Shown one piece after another: positions 12,972 to 25,639 of a stretch of 64,000 nucleotides of DNA (its first letter is position 1; every line of letters begins with the position of its first letter). Position numbers and translations under genes: made by a program. The stretch covers positions 82,276,001-82,340,000 of the forward strand of contig NC_086097.1 in assembly GCF_963921235.1 (NCBI RefSeq). The letters are read 5' to 3'. Source of the DNA: Mobula hypostoma (lineage: Eukaryota). A model generated the notes under the pieces. That model saw nothing but the letters and a program-made list of their open reading frames with translations, was not told where the DNA came from and ran no database searches.

Positions 12972-13812
12972 TTGCTGACAACACCATACTGATTGGTCTA
13001 ATATCAAATAATAATGAGGCAGCCTACAGAGAGGAAGTCATCACCCTGACACAGTCCTGTCAGGAAGACAACCTCTCCCTCAATGTTGCAAAAACAAAGG
13101 AGCTGGTTGTGGATTACAGGAGGAATGGAGACAGACTAGGCCCTATAGACATCAATGGATCTGGTGTTGAGAGGGTGAACAGCTTTAAGTTCCTTGGCAT
13201 AAACTTCACCGAGGATCTCATGTGGTCTGTACATACCAGCTGTGTGATAAGAAAGGCACAACGGTACCTCTTTCATCTCAAACAGTTGAAGAAGTTTGGT
13301 ATGGCACCCCAAATTCTAAGAACTTTCTATAGGGGCACGATTGAGAGCATCCTGACTGGCTGCATCACTGCCTGGGTTGGGAACTGTACTTCTCTTAATT
13401 GCAGGAATCTGCAGAGAGTGGTGCGGACAGCCCAGCGCATCTGTAGATGTGAACTTCCCACTATTCAGGACATGTACAAAGACAGGTCTATAAAAAGGGC
13501 CCGAAGGATCATTAGGGACCCAAGTCACCCCAACCACGAACTATTCCAGCTGCTACCATCTGGGAAGCGGTACCACATCATAAAAGCCAGGAGCAACAGG
13601 CTCTGGGTCAGCTTCTTCCACCGGCCATCAGACTGATTGATTCATGCTGACGCGACTGCACTTCTATATTATATTGACTATCCTGTTGCACATAATATTT
13701 ATTATAAATGACTATAATTGCACATTGCACATTTAGATGGAAACGTAATGTAAAGATTTTTACTCCTCATGTATATGAAGAATGTGAGTCATAAAGTCAA
13801 TTCAATTCAATT
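12972..13812 (+). mobile_element. 5'-truncated Rex1/Babar LINE
   Basis: ORF 13109-13636 (VERVNSFKFLG, KAQRYLFHL, FYRGTIESILTGCITAW, DPSHP). Tail (CAATT)n. Confidence 0.88.
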
Positions 13813-14531
13813 ATCACATGATTGTGTATTCTGTTAATCTAAACCTGATAACTTTGGCACAAGTTTGAAGAACTGGAAGTGCGGAGAAGACATATTTATT
13901 TTTCTAAATCATTTACATTAGTCTTTACACCTATTGTCCATGAATCTAGTAGCAATTGTAATTGCTTATGCAAGCTTTAGAAGTTGGAAATCACGAAGAG
14001 TTATATTGTATCATCCTTATGGTGTGAATCATGACACTAAGTGTGATGCTATTACATCAATATAACCTTGTGTGTTGCTAAATACATGAGTACTGTTTAA
14101 AGTACCATTTAATGAGTAATCCCTCTAATGTGCTTGGGCAATGCCAATTTTTCCTGTTCTTGGAACTTAATGAGAAACATTGAATATCAGTATTGGCCTT
14201 CCTTCTATCTCTCTTAGCAGTACATTCATTACTTCTTGTATTCATTACAAGGACTCCCTTAGTTTCCTAATGATCTGACTTTACACCCTTGATGCTTTTA
14301 TCCTGAAACACCAGTTGTTACAGAGATAATTACTGCTACACACCAGGATTGACCTCATACTTTTTTATAACATTCACAAACTACTTTTTTTTAATATGAG
14401 CATCCATTTTATTTACATATATAAAATCTTTCAATGACTTTCTACCTGGTGTACCCAGTCATAATGGAGATATTATCACTTTGCATCTTAGTCTGGATAT
14501 GCCTGCTGGCTAAGAAAGGTTTCTGTATATA

Positions 14532-15988
14532 AAGTGGCATGCAAAAGTTTGGGCACCCCTGGACAAAATTTCTGTCACTGTGAATAGCTAAGCAAGTAAA
14601 AGGTAACCTGATTTCCAAAAGGCATAAAGTTAATGATGACACATTTCTTTAATATTTTAAGCAAGATTACTTTTTTATTTCCATCTTTTGCAGTTTCAAA
14701 CTAACAAAAAAGGAAAAGGGTTCAAAGCAAAAGTTTGGGCACCCTGCATTGTCAGTACTTAGTAACACCCCCTTTGGCAAGTATCACAGCTTGTAAACGC
14801 TTTCTGTAGCCAGCTAAGAGTCTTTCAATTCTTGCTTGGGGAATTTTTGCCCATTCTTCCTTGCAAAAGGGTTCTAGTTCTGTGAGATTCTTGGGCTGTC
14901 TTGCATGCACTGCTCTTTTGAGGTCTATCCACAGATTTTCGATGATGTTTAGGTTGGGGGACTGTGAACCCATGGCAAAACCTTCAGCTTGTGCCACTTG
15001 AGGTAGTCCATTGTGGATTTTGAGGTGTGTTTAGGATCATTATCCTGTTGTAGAAGCCATCCTCTTTTCATCTTCAGCTTTTTTACAGACGGTGTGATGT
15101 TTGCTTCCAGAATTTGCTAGTATTTAATTCAATTCATTCTTCCCTCTACCAGTGAAATGTTCCCCGTGCCACAGGCTGCAACACAAGCCCAAAGCATGTT
15201 CGATTCACCCCTGTGCTTAACAGTTGGAGAGGTATTCTTTTCACGAAATTCTGTACCCTTTTCTCTCCAAACATACCTTTGCTAATTGAGGCCAAAAAGT
15301 TCTATTTTAAATTCATCAGGACTTGTTTCCAAAATGCATCAGGTTCGTCTAGATGTTCCTTTGCAAACTTCTGATGCTGAAATTTGTGGTGAGGATGCAG
15401 GAAAGGTTTTCTTCTGATGACTCTTCCATGAAAGTCATATTTGTGCAGGTGTTGCTGCACAGTAGAACAGTGCACCACCACTCCAGAGTCTGCTAAATCG
15501 TCCTGAAGGTCTTTTGCAGTCAAACAGGGGTTTTGATTTGCCTTTCTAGCAATCCTACGAGCAGTTCTCTCGGAAAGTTTTCTTGGTCTTCCAGACCTCA
15601 ACTTGACCTCCACTGATCCTGTTAACTGTGATTTCTTAATTACATTACGAACTGAGGAAACGGCTACCTGAAAATGCTTTGCTATCTTCTTATAGCCTTC
15701 TCCTGCTTTGTGGGCATCATTTATTTTAATTTTCAGAGTGCTAGGCAGCTGCTTAGAGGAGCCCATGGCTGCTGATTGTTGGGACAAGGTTTGAGGAGTC
15801 AGGGTATTTATAAAGCTTTGAAATGTGCATCACCTGACCTTTTCTAATGATGATTGTGAACAAGCCATAGCCCTAACAAGTTAATTAAGCTCTGAGACCT
15901 TGGTAAAAGTTATCAGAGATCTCAAATCTCTTGGGGTACCCAAACTTTTTCATGGTGCTCCTTTCCTTTTTTACACTCTAAAATTGTA
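14532..15988 (-). mobile_element. Tc1 DNA transposon of IR/DR type, right TIR truncated
   Basis: TA|AAGTGGCATGCAAAAGTTTGGGCACCC terminus. The DR GCAAAAGTTTGGGCACCC recurs at ~14728 and in inverted form at ~15933-15952. Confidence 0.9.
14752..15766 (-). pseudogene. Frameshifted Tc1 transposase
   Basis: GEGYKKIAK HTH, GRPRK linker, QSPNLNIIENLW (SPDLNPIENLW) motif and C-terminal AKGGVTKY, split across ORFs 15302-15787 and 14752-14997. Confidence 0.9.
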
Positions 15989-16050
15989 TTGAGAATTTGA
16001 AATCACTAAGATTTTCCTTCCTCCATTCACACTGATCCACCATTAGGGTT

Positions 16051-18295
16051 ACATAGAAACATAGAAAATAGGTGCAGGAGTAGGCCATTCGGCCCTTCAA
16101 GCCTGCACCGCCATTTATTATGATCATGGCTGATCATCCAACTCAGAACCCTGCACCAGCCTTCCCTCCATACCCCCTGATCCCCGTAGCCACAAGGGCC
16201 ATATCTAACTCCCTCTTAAATATAGCCAATGAACTGGCCTCAACTGTTTCCTGTGGCAGAGAATTCCACAGATTCACCACTCTCTGTGTGAAGAAGTTTT
16301 TCCTAATCTCAGTCCTAAAAGGCTTCCCCTTTATCCTCAAACTGTGACCCCTCGTTCTGGACTTCCCCAACATCGGGAACAATCTTCCTGCATCTAGCCT
16401 GTCCAATCCCTTTAGGATTTTATACGTTTCAATCAGATCCCCCCTCAATCTTCTAATTTCCAACGAGTACAAGCCCAATTCATCCAGTCTTTCTTCATAT
16501 GAAAGTCCTGCCATCCCAGGAATCAATCTGGTGAACTTTCTTTGTACTCCCTCTATGGCAAGGATGTCTTTCCTCAGATTAGGGGACCAAAACTGCACAC
16601 AATACTCCAGGTGTGGTCTCACCAAGGCCTTGTACAACTGCAGTAGTACCTCCCTGCTCTTGTACTCGAATCCTTTCGCTATAAATGCCAGCATACCATT
16701 TGCCTTTTTCACCGCCTGCTGTACCTGCATGCCCACTTTCAATGACTGGTGTATAATGACACCCAGGTCTCGTTGCACCTCCCCTTTTCCTAATCGGCCA
16801 CCATTCAGATAATAATCTGTTTTCCTATTTTTGCCACCAAAGTGGATAACTTCACATTTATCCACATTAAATTGCATCTGCCATGAATTTTCCCACTCAC
16901 CCAACCTATCCAAGTCACCCTGCATCCTCTTAGCATCCTCCTCACAGCTAACACTGCCGCCCAGCTTCGTGTCATCCGCAAACTTGGAGGTGCTGCATTT
17001 AATTCCCTCATCCAAGTCATTAATATATATTGTAAACAACTGGGGTCCCAGCACTGAGCCTTGCGGTGCCCCACTAGTCACTGCCTGCCATTCTGAAAAG
17101 GTCCCGTTTATTCCCACTCTTTGCTTCCTGTCTGCTAGCCAATTCTCTATCCACATCAATACCTTACCCCCAATACCGTGTGCTTTAAGTTTGCACACTA
17201 ATCTCCTGTGTGGGAGCTTGTCAAAAGCCTTTTGAAAATCCAAATATACCACATCCACTGGTTCTCCCCTATCCACTCTACTAGTTACATCTTCAAAAAA
17301 TCCTATGAGATTCGTCAGACATGATTTTCCTTTCACAAATCCATGCTGACTTTGTCTGATGATTTCACCGCTTTCCAAATGTGCTGTTATCACATCTTTG
17401 ATAACTGACTCCAGCAGTTTCCCCACCACCGACGTTAGGCTAACCGGTCTATAATTCCCCGGTTTCTCTCTCCCTCCTTTTTTAAAAAGTGGGGTTACAT
17501 TAGCCACCCTCCAATCCTCAGGAACTCGTCCAGAATCTAATGAGTTTTGAAAAATTATCACTAATGCATCCACTATTTCTTGGGCTACTTCCTTAAGCAC
17601 TCTGGGATGCAGACCATCTGGCCCTGGGGATTTATCTGCCTTCAATCCCTTCAATTTACCCGACACCACTTACCTACTAACATGTATTTCATTCAGTTCC
17701 TCCATCTCACTGGACCCTCTGTCCCCTACTATTTCTGGAAGATTATTTATGTCCTCCTTAGTGAAGACAGAACCAAAGTAAAATCTGCCATGTCCTTGCT
17801 CCCCATAATCAATTCACCTGTTTCTGTCTGTAGGGGACCTACATTTGTCTTTACCAGTCTTTTCCTTTTTACATATCTATAAAAGCTTTTACAGTCAGTT
17901 TTTATGTTCCCTGCCAGTTTTCTCTCATAATCTTTTTTCCCCTTCCTAATTAAGCCCTTTGCCCTCCTCTGCTGAACTCTGAATTTCTCCCAGTCCTCAG
18001 GTGAACCACTTTTTCTGGCTAATTTGTATGCTTCTTCTTTGGAATTGGTACTATCCCTAATTTCTCTTGTCAGCCATGGGTGCACTACCTTCCTTGATTT
18101 ATTCTTTTGCCAAACTGGGATGAACAATTGTTGTAGTTCATCCATGCAATCCTTAATTGCTTGCCATTGCATATCCACCGTCAATCCTTTAAGTGTCATT
18201 TGCCAGTCTATCTTACCTAATTCACGTCTCATACCTTCAAAGTTACCCCTCTTTAAGTTCAGAACCTTTGTTTCTGAAATAACTATGTCACTCTC
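16051..18295 (-). mobile_element. Young 5'-truncated CR1 LINE
   Basis: 508-aa RT ORF 16143-17669 (PQGSVLGP, KFADDTKL, YKALVRPHLEY) and (TTTCTATG)n tail. A small deletion near 17780 relative to the 34850 copy breaks the frame. Confidence 0.95.
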
Positions 18296-19139
18296 ATTAT
18301 GTTAGTAATTATGCACTACTCTACCAATTAGCTGCTGTTTCTCTTTGTGAAAGTTCAAACAGCGGCATGTCATTTCCCCTGAAGACCAGGAAGGTGACTG
18401 AATGGTAACTGTAGTATTGAGCTATATCTTTCTACAGTTTGGTTAAAAAAGAAATGATGGGGAACAGTTTTCAGGCTGTTGTTTTGCAATGAATTATGTA
18501 AGCCGTTTGAAGGTGGACCACTCCTGCAGTGGTTATAAATGTCCCGATAGCTGAAGGAAGTGAAATGCTGGTGTTGCCTAGTACTCGGAAACTTTAGGAA
18601 CTAGTCATAAATTGCTCCACACTTGCACCTAATACTTTAAACTGGAAATAAAACAAACATTGGTTAAAAATAATATCATGCACTACTGAGTATAAGATAT
18701 TTTCTGGATTGCTAGGCATGCAAAGGTACCAGTCAGGGCAGACAGCATTCCTTTGTATTTGACAATCAGCAAACAGACATCATATTTTGTGGCACCTCTA
18801 ACAGTTTTAATGTATTTGATCTTGACCATTCACTATTAAATTGCAAATTTGAAAGTTTATGTTTAAAACGTACTAAAATTTTGTTACACTGAAACGCCCG
18901 AGCTGAACTAGGATGATCTGTAAACTGCCTGTGAGCCCAAGAGGGAGGCAAGTGAGACATTGGCAAATTATCACTAGATGTAACACATCAGATTCTCGGC
19001 TTTTCCTTTGGTGAGCCCCAGTTTTTGTGCTACTTCATTCTACAATTTATTTGATCTGATCTTTTCAGTTTGTGTGCTGCTGTTTTGGCTCTCTAGTTCC
19101 CTACCTCATTTTTGTTTCTAATTGTACATTCAGGAAGTA

Positions 19140-19932
19140 TGAGCATAGAACAAATTCTTTGACCCATGATGCGGTGCTGATCTTTTAACCTATTCCAAGG
19201 TCATTTCAACTTTTCCTTCCTACATAACCTCAATTTTTCTATTGTCCATACACCTTTCAAAGAGTTTATTAAATGTCCCTAATGTATCTTCACCTACCAT
19301 CTCCCCGGAAGGATGTTCCGTACACCCATCATTTGCTGTTTGTAAAAAAAATCCATCTCTGAAATACCTCGTATACTTTTCTCCAATCGCCTTAAAATTA
19401 TGCCCATGGTATTAGCCATTTCTGCCCTGGAAAACAGTTTCTGGCTATCCACTCAATCAGTGCCTCTTATCATCTAATACACCTCTATCAAATCACCTCT
19501 CATCTTCTCTCCAAAGAGAAAAGCCTTAGCTCGCTCAACCAATCTTCATAAGACATTCCTTCCAATCCTTGCAGCGTCCTGGTAAATCTTCTTTGTACCA
19601 TCTCTAAAGCTTGTGCATCCTTCCTATAATGAAGCGACCAGAACTGAACACCATCTCCTAAATGTAGTCTGTTAGGGTTTTATAGAGCTGCAACATTTCC
19701 TCATGGCTCTTGAACTCACTCTCCCAACTAATGAAGGCCAACACACCATACGCCTTCTCAACAACCTTATCAACTTGCGTGGTATCTTCTAGGGGTGTAT
19801 GGATGTAGACCCTCAGACCATTCAGTCCAGAATCTTGCTATTAACCCTGGATGATCGCCTTCAAATTTGACTTTCCAATGTGAATTACTTCACATTTTTC
19901 CAGGTTGAACTCCATCTGCCACTTCTCAGCCC
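19140..19932 (-). mobile_element. Older CR1-type LINE 3' fragment
   Basis: Degenerate RT C-terminus and a 3' tail that reads CATAGAAC on the + strand. Confidence 0.7.
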
Positions 19933-19984
19933 TTGAAAGTTCACACAAGTAGAACTGCAGCCTCATGGCCCTTGAGTCCCGCAA

Positions 19985-20490
19985 TAAGTGTGATCCAGAA
20001 TCTCCGGAGGGGAAGGCCCTGAGTCCTTAGCCTTGCTTGTTGCTTGGCGGCTGGGGCCGGGGTCGAAGCGCTCAGCAGAGATGGGTCTCGGTGCTCGGTG
20101 TCGGAGGGCTGGTCGGAGGCTCGAAGTTTTCGGACGGACTCAGAGCCAGCTGTGGTCAGGTGCTTCCTGATGCTGCATTGGCAAGTTTACGGCGCTGGAG
20201 GTTCATGGCAGGGAGAGTTTCTCCCTTCTGCCGCCTGCGTGAGATGATGGGGCTATCAGGACTTGAGACTTTTTTTTACCGTGCCCATGGTCTGCTCTTT
20301 ATCAAATTACGGTATTGCTATTGCTTTGCACTGTTGTAACTATATGTTATATTTATGTGGTTTTGTCAGCTTAGTCTTGGTTAGTCTTCTGTTTCTGTGA
20401 TAACTTTCTGGAGGAACATTGTATCATTTTTTAATACATGCATTTCTAAATGAGAATAAACGAGGACTGAGTGTCTTCATAATCGAATCT
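19985..20490 (+). mobile_element. Non-autonomous SINE/LINE-tail-type repeat
   Basis: CpG-rich head, T-rich body, AATAAA and a short AATC-type tail. A similar architecture occurs at ~27130-27635. Confidence 0.4.
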
Positions 20491-20922
20491 AAGTGCTATC
20501 CGTCCGGAACTTGCACATATTCCCTGTGAGTGCATGTCTTTCCTCCAGATTTGCAGTTTCCTTCCACACCCACAGATGTGTGGCTTGGTATGCTGGTTGG
20601 TACAATAATTTCCTGCTGTCCTTTACCATTAACACATTGGTGATGGTGGGAGTGCGTGTGGAGCTGATGAGAATGGAGGGGGGGAGAGAATGAAAATGAG
20701 GATTAATGTGGATGAGTGATTGATGGCTGGTGCAGATTGGTGGACAAGAGGTCTTATTTCTATGCTGCTCGTCTCCATTACTCAAGAAGGCTGACAGAAG
20801 ATGCGGTACTTTTCTGAAAGCACAGGGAATTGAGTAGATGAGACCTGAGGTATTATAATCATGATCATATTGAACAGTGGGGCAGGTGTGAGTGGCTGAC
20901 TAGCTTACTCCTACTGCATTAC

Positions 20923-21500
20923 ATATTCCACCTGGGTAGCCACCAACCTGATGGTATGTGTCAGTCCATGGCCTCCTCCACTGCTGCGATGAGGCCACAC
21001 TCAGGTTGGAAGAGCAACACCTTATATTCCATCTAGGTAGCTTCCAACCTGATGGCATGAACATCAATTTCTCTAATGTCCAGTAATTGCCTCTCCATCT
21101 CTTTCACCATTCCCCATCCCCATGTCCCTCTCTCACCTTATCTCCTTATCTGCCCATCACCTCCCTCTGGTGCCCCTTCCCTTTCCCTTTTTCCATGGTC
21201 TTCTACCCTCTCCTATCAGATTCCTCCTTCTCCAGCCTTTTATCTCTTTCACCCATCAACTTCCCAGCTCTTTACTTCACCCCTTCCCCTCTCCTGATTC
21301 CACCTATCACCTACCACCTTGTACATCTTCCTCCCCTCCCTTCTTACCCTGACTTCTCAACTTTTTTTTACCAGTCCTGATGAAGGGTCTCAGCACAACA
21401 CGTTGACCGTTTACTCTTTTCCACAGATGCTGCCTGATCTGTTGAGTTCCTCCAGCATTTTGTTTGTGTTGCCTTGGATTTCCATCATCTGCAGACTTTC
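20923..21500 (+). mobile_element. Penelope-like element 3' fragment (GIY-YIG endonuclease C-terminus, pyrimidine-rich UTR, terminal repeat)
   Basis: Translates SVHGLLHCCDEATLRLEEQHLIFHLGSFQPDGMNINFSN and ends in CCAGTCCTGATGAAGGGTCTC..GATGCTGCCTGA, which ties the short hammerhead repeat to this element. A 36-bp duplication at 20923-20958 / 21024-21059. Confidence 0.75.
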
Positions 21501-21581
21501 TTGTGCTTGTTACTGCTACTCCAGTTTACCTTGTGTTCTTGTGTTGTTGTTCTTATTCAACCTGACTGGGTCCCTCTAGTA

Positions 21582-22214
21582 CAGTGGTTCCCAACCTCCA
21601 GGCAGTGGACCAATACTGGGCCACGAAATGTGCAGGGGTGCAGCAGTAGCCGGAACGCATTCAGCACATCTTTAAGAAAAAAGCCAAAATAAACAAGCTA
21701 ATTAATTAGGTGCCACCCAGAAGCCAGTCTTCATTAGAGGAACTGAGGTGGAGAGAGTCAATATCTTTAAATTCTTCGACATTAAGGATCGACGTTTCTC
21801 ACTCTGAAAAGTGTCCGAGGATCTGTCCTGGGACCAGCACATAACTGTCATTAAAAAGAAAGCACAGCAGTGCCTATACTTTATTAGAAGTTTGTGTAGA
21901 TTCAACATGTCACCTGGATCCTGACAGCCCTGTCTTTTCAGCCTGTCTGGGCTGGCGTTTAAATTGACCAAACAATTGAACAGCTAAAGGCTCCAGCGCC
22001 CTGGAAGGAGGAGTGAACATCGCGTAGAGCAAGTGAAATCATCAATCGCCTCTCATCTGAGCCGACATTTACGTGCCGGGCGGCACCTAATTAATTAGCT
22101 TGTTTATTTCGTCTTTTTTCTTAAACATGTGCTGGGTGCGCTCCAGCTACTGCTGGACCCCTGCATGCTTCACAGCCCGGTATCGGTCTGCGGCCCGGAG
22201 GTTGGGGACCACTG
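21582..22214. mobile_element. hAT (Charlie/Buster-like) MITE with ~140-bp arms and a Rex1 LINE-derived internal segment
   Basis: Termini CAGTGGTTCCCAACCTCC...GGAGGTTGGGGACCACTG. Flanks CTCTAGTA / CTCTAGCT. Inner arms are shared with the 11241 element. Confidence 0.82.
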
Positions 22215-22519
22215 CTCTAGCTACTTTACTACCACAACTCCAATCTGTGGGAATGTTAAACCTCAATCAAACAATTTGTTTGCTGACATTTTGTATTAAA
22301 CATACTGATGCTAAATTAGTGGAAACTTGACCGCATGCATACATTTCCATGGCCAAGTTTCATGCAAATTAGATAGAACGTAAGACCTAAACAACAGATC
22401 CATAGGTCAGTTGAAAGTGGGGGTTTTGTTCAGATTCCCTCAAACACCTCAACTTAGGTGAATCCTGCTTTCGAACTGGACATTGCAAAGAATGATATTT
22501 CAACAAACACTGTACAATC

Positions 22520-22870
22520 CTATCGAATGTTGAAAGACCTCGATAGAGTGGACGTGGAGAGCATGTTTCTTATGGTGCAGGCGTATAGGACCAGAGGACA
22601 CAGCCTTAGAACAGAGGGATGTCCATTTAGAATGAAGATGAAGAGGAAAGCCTTCAGCCAGGGAGTGGTGAATCTGTGGAATTTGTCGTGGTGGGTGGCT
22701 GTGGAGGACAAGTCATTGGGTATTTCAGGCCGAGTTTGATTAGTCAGGGCATGAAGGGTCACAGGGAGAGGTCAGGAGATTAGGCTGAGAGGAAAAATGG
22801 ATCAGCCAATATAGAATGGAGGAGCAGACTAAATGGGCTGAATGGCCTAATTCTGTTACTATATCTTATG
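22520..22870 (+). mobile_element. CR1 LINE 3' fragment
   Basis: YRMLKDLDRVDVESMF..RTRGHSLR..FSQGVVNLWN, followed by a CR1-type tail. Confidence 0.8.
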
Positions 22871-22965
22871 AAACAGCTGCAACTATATTAGTGAAATGAC
22901 GAACGTTCTGGTCATCTCCAGGTTTCACATGAACGGTAACAAACCACATCGGGCCATACAGGCCA

Positions 22966-23166
22966 AGTAGCTTCAATGGAAAAGGGTGCAGTCGATGTGG
23001 CCGAGACCTTTCAGAGGAACTCTAACTCTACCGAGTCCTGCTGAAGGGTCTCGGCCGAAACGTCGACTGTGCTCTTATCCATAGATGCTGCCTGGCCTGC
23101 TGAGTTTCTCCAGCATTTTGTGTGTGTTGCTTTGGATTTCCAGCATCTGCGGATTTTCTCTTGTTT
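22966..23166. mobile_element. Penelope-like terminal repeat with a partial inverted copy
   Basis: AGTC-CTGCTGA-AGGGTCTCGGCC-GAAAC-GTC-GACTG (core mutated), preceded by an inverted fragment. Confidence 0.7.
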
Positions 23167-23379
23167 GTGATCGGGTCTTACAATAAGGTTTCTATATAGC
23201 CATTTAATCATAATATATTCTTCGTGGCCTTCAACTGCACTTGCAGCAGGGAAAAAACGTTCTATCAATGATTTAGGGTTACTTTGTTCTGGTGAGGAAC
23301 GCAGCAGGTGCTGGTTTTAGCTCTGCTTTGTAGATGAATTTTTTTTTAAAGCTTCTTTAGCAGGCTGAAAAAAAAATCT

Positions 23380-24480
23380 GTATTTAACGTTCAGTGTCCA
23401 CTCTCCAATTTAAACCCGGGGTTAACATGTTCCTCAAGATTCGTGACAGGGAAGGACGAAGCACGAGGTATCCAGAAAAAAAATAAACGAGGAAAGCTGA
23501 GCGCATAGGGAAAGGGAAAATCAAAGGGAGCAATTGGACCAGCAGGGTTTGACGATTTGAAACCGACGGCTGAAATACCCTAACAATGGGTTTAAAGAGG
23601 AGAAGTGGCGTGGGGGTGGGGGTGGGGAAGGGGAACGGCTTTCCCAGTGGAGAACCGCTGCCTGGATTGCAGCTTCTGTGAGGTGGAGTCCCAGGATCCG
23701 CGTCATTCATCGCAGCCTCTGAGCATCTTCCAACACCCACCCTCGCGTCTCAGTGCGAGGTGCGGGGAGACTCCTCTTCGCGTCCTAACACTCACATCGC
23801 AGGTAGCAGAGCCGCGGAGGCGAGCAATGTCATAACACCTGTTCAGAAAAATACCAAAAGTACCCCAGATAGGAAACAGGAAGGAGGAATTGGAGAGTGG
23901 ATAATCACGTTATATTTTTAAAGGGAAGCGAGCTGCCTGTCCGAGGCAGATATGGGACTGGAGCTGTATAGAATAGCCGCGATCGGGCTTTCGCAGCGCG
24001 GTTAAGCGACCGACTTGCCTGTAGCCCATGAGGACGCACAATGGCCAAACAGTACGATGTGTTATTCAGACTGCTACTGATCGGAGACTCCGGGGTGGGC
24101 AAAACCTGTCTTCTCTGCCGGTTCACGGACAATGAATTCCACGCTTCACACATTTCCACTATAGGTAGGAGAAAGAAACTGAGGAAGATGTGTGTGTTTG
24201 TGTGTGTCGTTATGTTGCAATACTGTCAGGCCGGCAAATGCATCCAGTTCTCAAGCCTTTTGTCTCCTACATTGGTCAAGAATAGAGTAATTGGCATCGT
24301 CGGGATGGGCAAGGGTCGACAATCTTCTGGAAGTTCCCAGTTCCTGCATGTTAAATTGATCGAGTTAGTTGTCGAGTTTTAGGTTAAAATCTATGCGGAT
24401 TCCCACTGCTAGCTTTGAACGCACCGCTCCGGCAGTGGGGCGATACTAACTCAACCTGCCCACTCACGGTTGGAGTGTTA
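23380..24480 (+). promoter_or_regulatory. CpG-rich promoter / 5' region of RAB15
   Basis: Marked local CpG enrichment in repeat-poor sequence around exon 1. ATTGG (inverted CCAAT) at ~23533 and a G-rich/GT box at 23612-23633. TSS not determinable. Confidence 0.7.
24041..24164 (+). CDS. RAB15: Ras-related protein Rab-15, coding exon 1
   Basis: [42 protein letters not shown] is essentially the Rab15 N-terminus with P-loop GDSGVGKT. 124 coding nt, then a phase-1 donor G|GTAGGA at 24165. Confidence 0.95.
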
Positions 24481-25639
24481 GCAAGGAGCCCGAGTCTTGT
24501 AAACAAAAACAATTAAAGTAATTACTAAGTGTGTGTGTGTTGTGGCGGCGGAAAAACTGATGGTAAGGAAGGGTTTGTCTGTCAATAAGGCGGACATCGT
24601 GTTGCGATGGGGGTCAAGTAAGTGGAGACCCAGTGGGGTGGAACTGAATGCTAAGGTCATGAAACACCAAGACATTCCCAATGTAAAAGCTTTGGAACAA
24701 TGGATATATTTGCAAGAGAACACACAGTGCAGATGGTAAATTCAGCATCATGAATCTCCAGGGATGTGAAGTATGAAATTATACAGAGGGAAAGATGGGT
24801 GATGGAATGATGCAGCACAACTTACCTTACAAGGATGAAATTGGAAAGGAAATTAGAAAGAGCAGAGAGGAAGCGTGAAGAAAGAATTGAGAGGTAAAAT
24901 AAAGACCAAAATTATATGTGGAAGGAAAGCAGTCAACAAAGAAACAAGCAGATTCTTCCAGAGACCAAAGTGGTAGGTTATGTGGACAAATAGAAGTTCT
25001 AAGTAAACACTTTGTGCCTACCTTCTCTGAAGAGCATTATGGTGGAGACATTGTCATGAACCAGGCAGAAAGTACAGTATTACAAATGATAAAGAGAGAG
25101 GATATATTAAAAAGTCTAGTGGATAACTTGCCAAGGCTGGATAAAATGTATCGCAGGTTTTTACAGCAAGCAAAGCAGGGAAATACACAGGCTTGTCTTT
25201 TTTTTTTATTAAGTGCAATCATGAACAATAGCCGGATCAGAAATGCTGATCAAGTCAACCAGTTCCCAAAGAGAACCCTGACAGGCCAATCAGATGGTTC
25301 ACTGCTGCTCAGCAATAGAACACAGAAAATTCTTATGTACAATTAAAAAATAGTAGAAACACTGGAGTCATGATGATCATGATGAAGATGCTGGAGAGAG
25401 ACATCTATACACATGCTGTCCATAATTCAAAGAGATCGAAGGATAAGGTTGCAGGGTGACAAAACGTGGCGTGAGCACTTGGAACTAAAAACTAATCCCT
25501 ACCGGGAGAAAACAGCACCTGTTCTTTCCGCACTGTTCTCCAGCAGTTTAAGGACTAAGTCCAGCCAGAATGTAACTCACAAGTGCTCTTGAAAGTCAGG
25601 TATTAACCCTACCTACCAACAACCAATCATTGCCATCCT

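Noticed and set aside
21372..23070. Active hammerheads at ~21372 and ~23033
   Set aside because: Catalytic core mutated: GAAA lost in the first, CTGCTGA in the second.
1..23380. Exons of neighbouring genes (FNTB, GPX2 and CHURC1 flank RAB15 in mammals)
   Set aside because: No recognisable peptides found by eye; short exons could have been missed without a spliced alignment.
24165..24382. The 113-aa ORF 24041-24382 as a complete small GTPase
   Set aside because: Rab similarity stops at the GT donor at 24165; the remainder is intron read-through.
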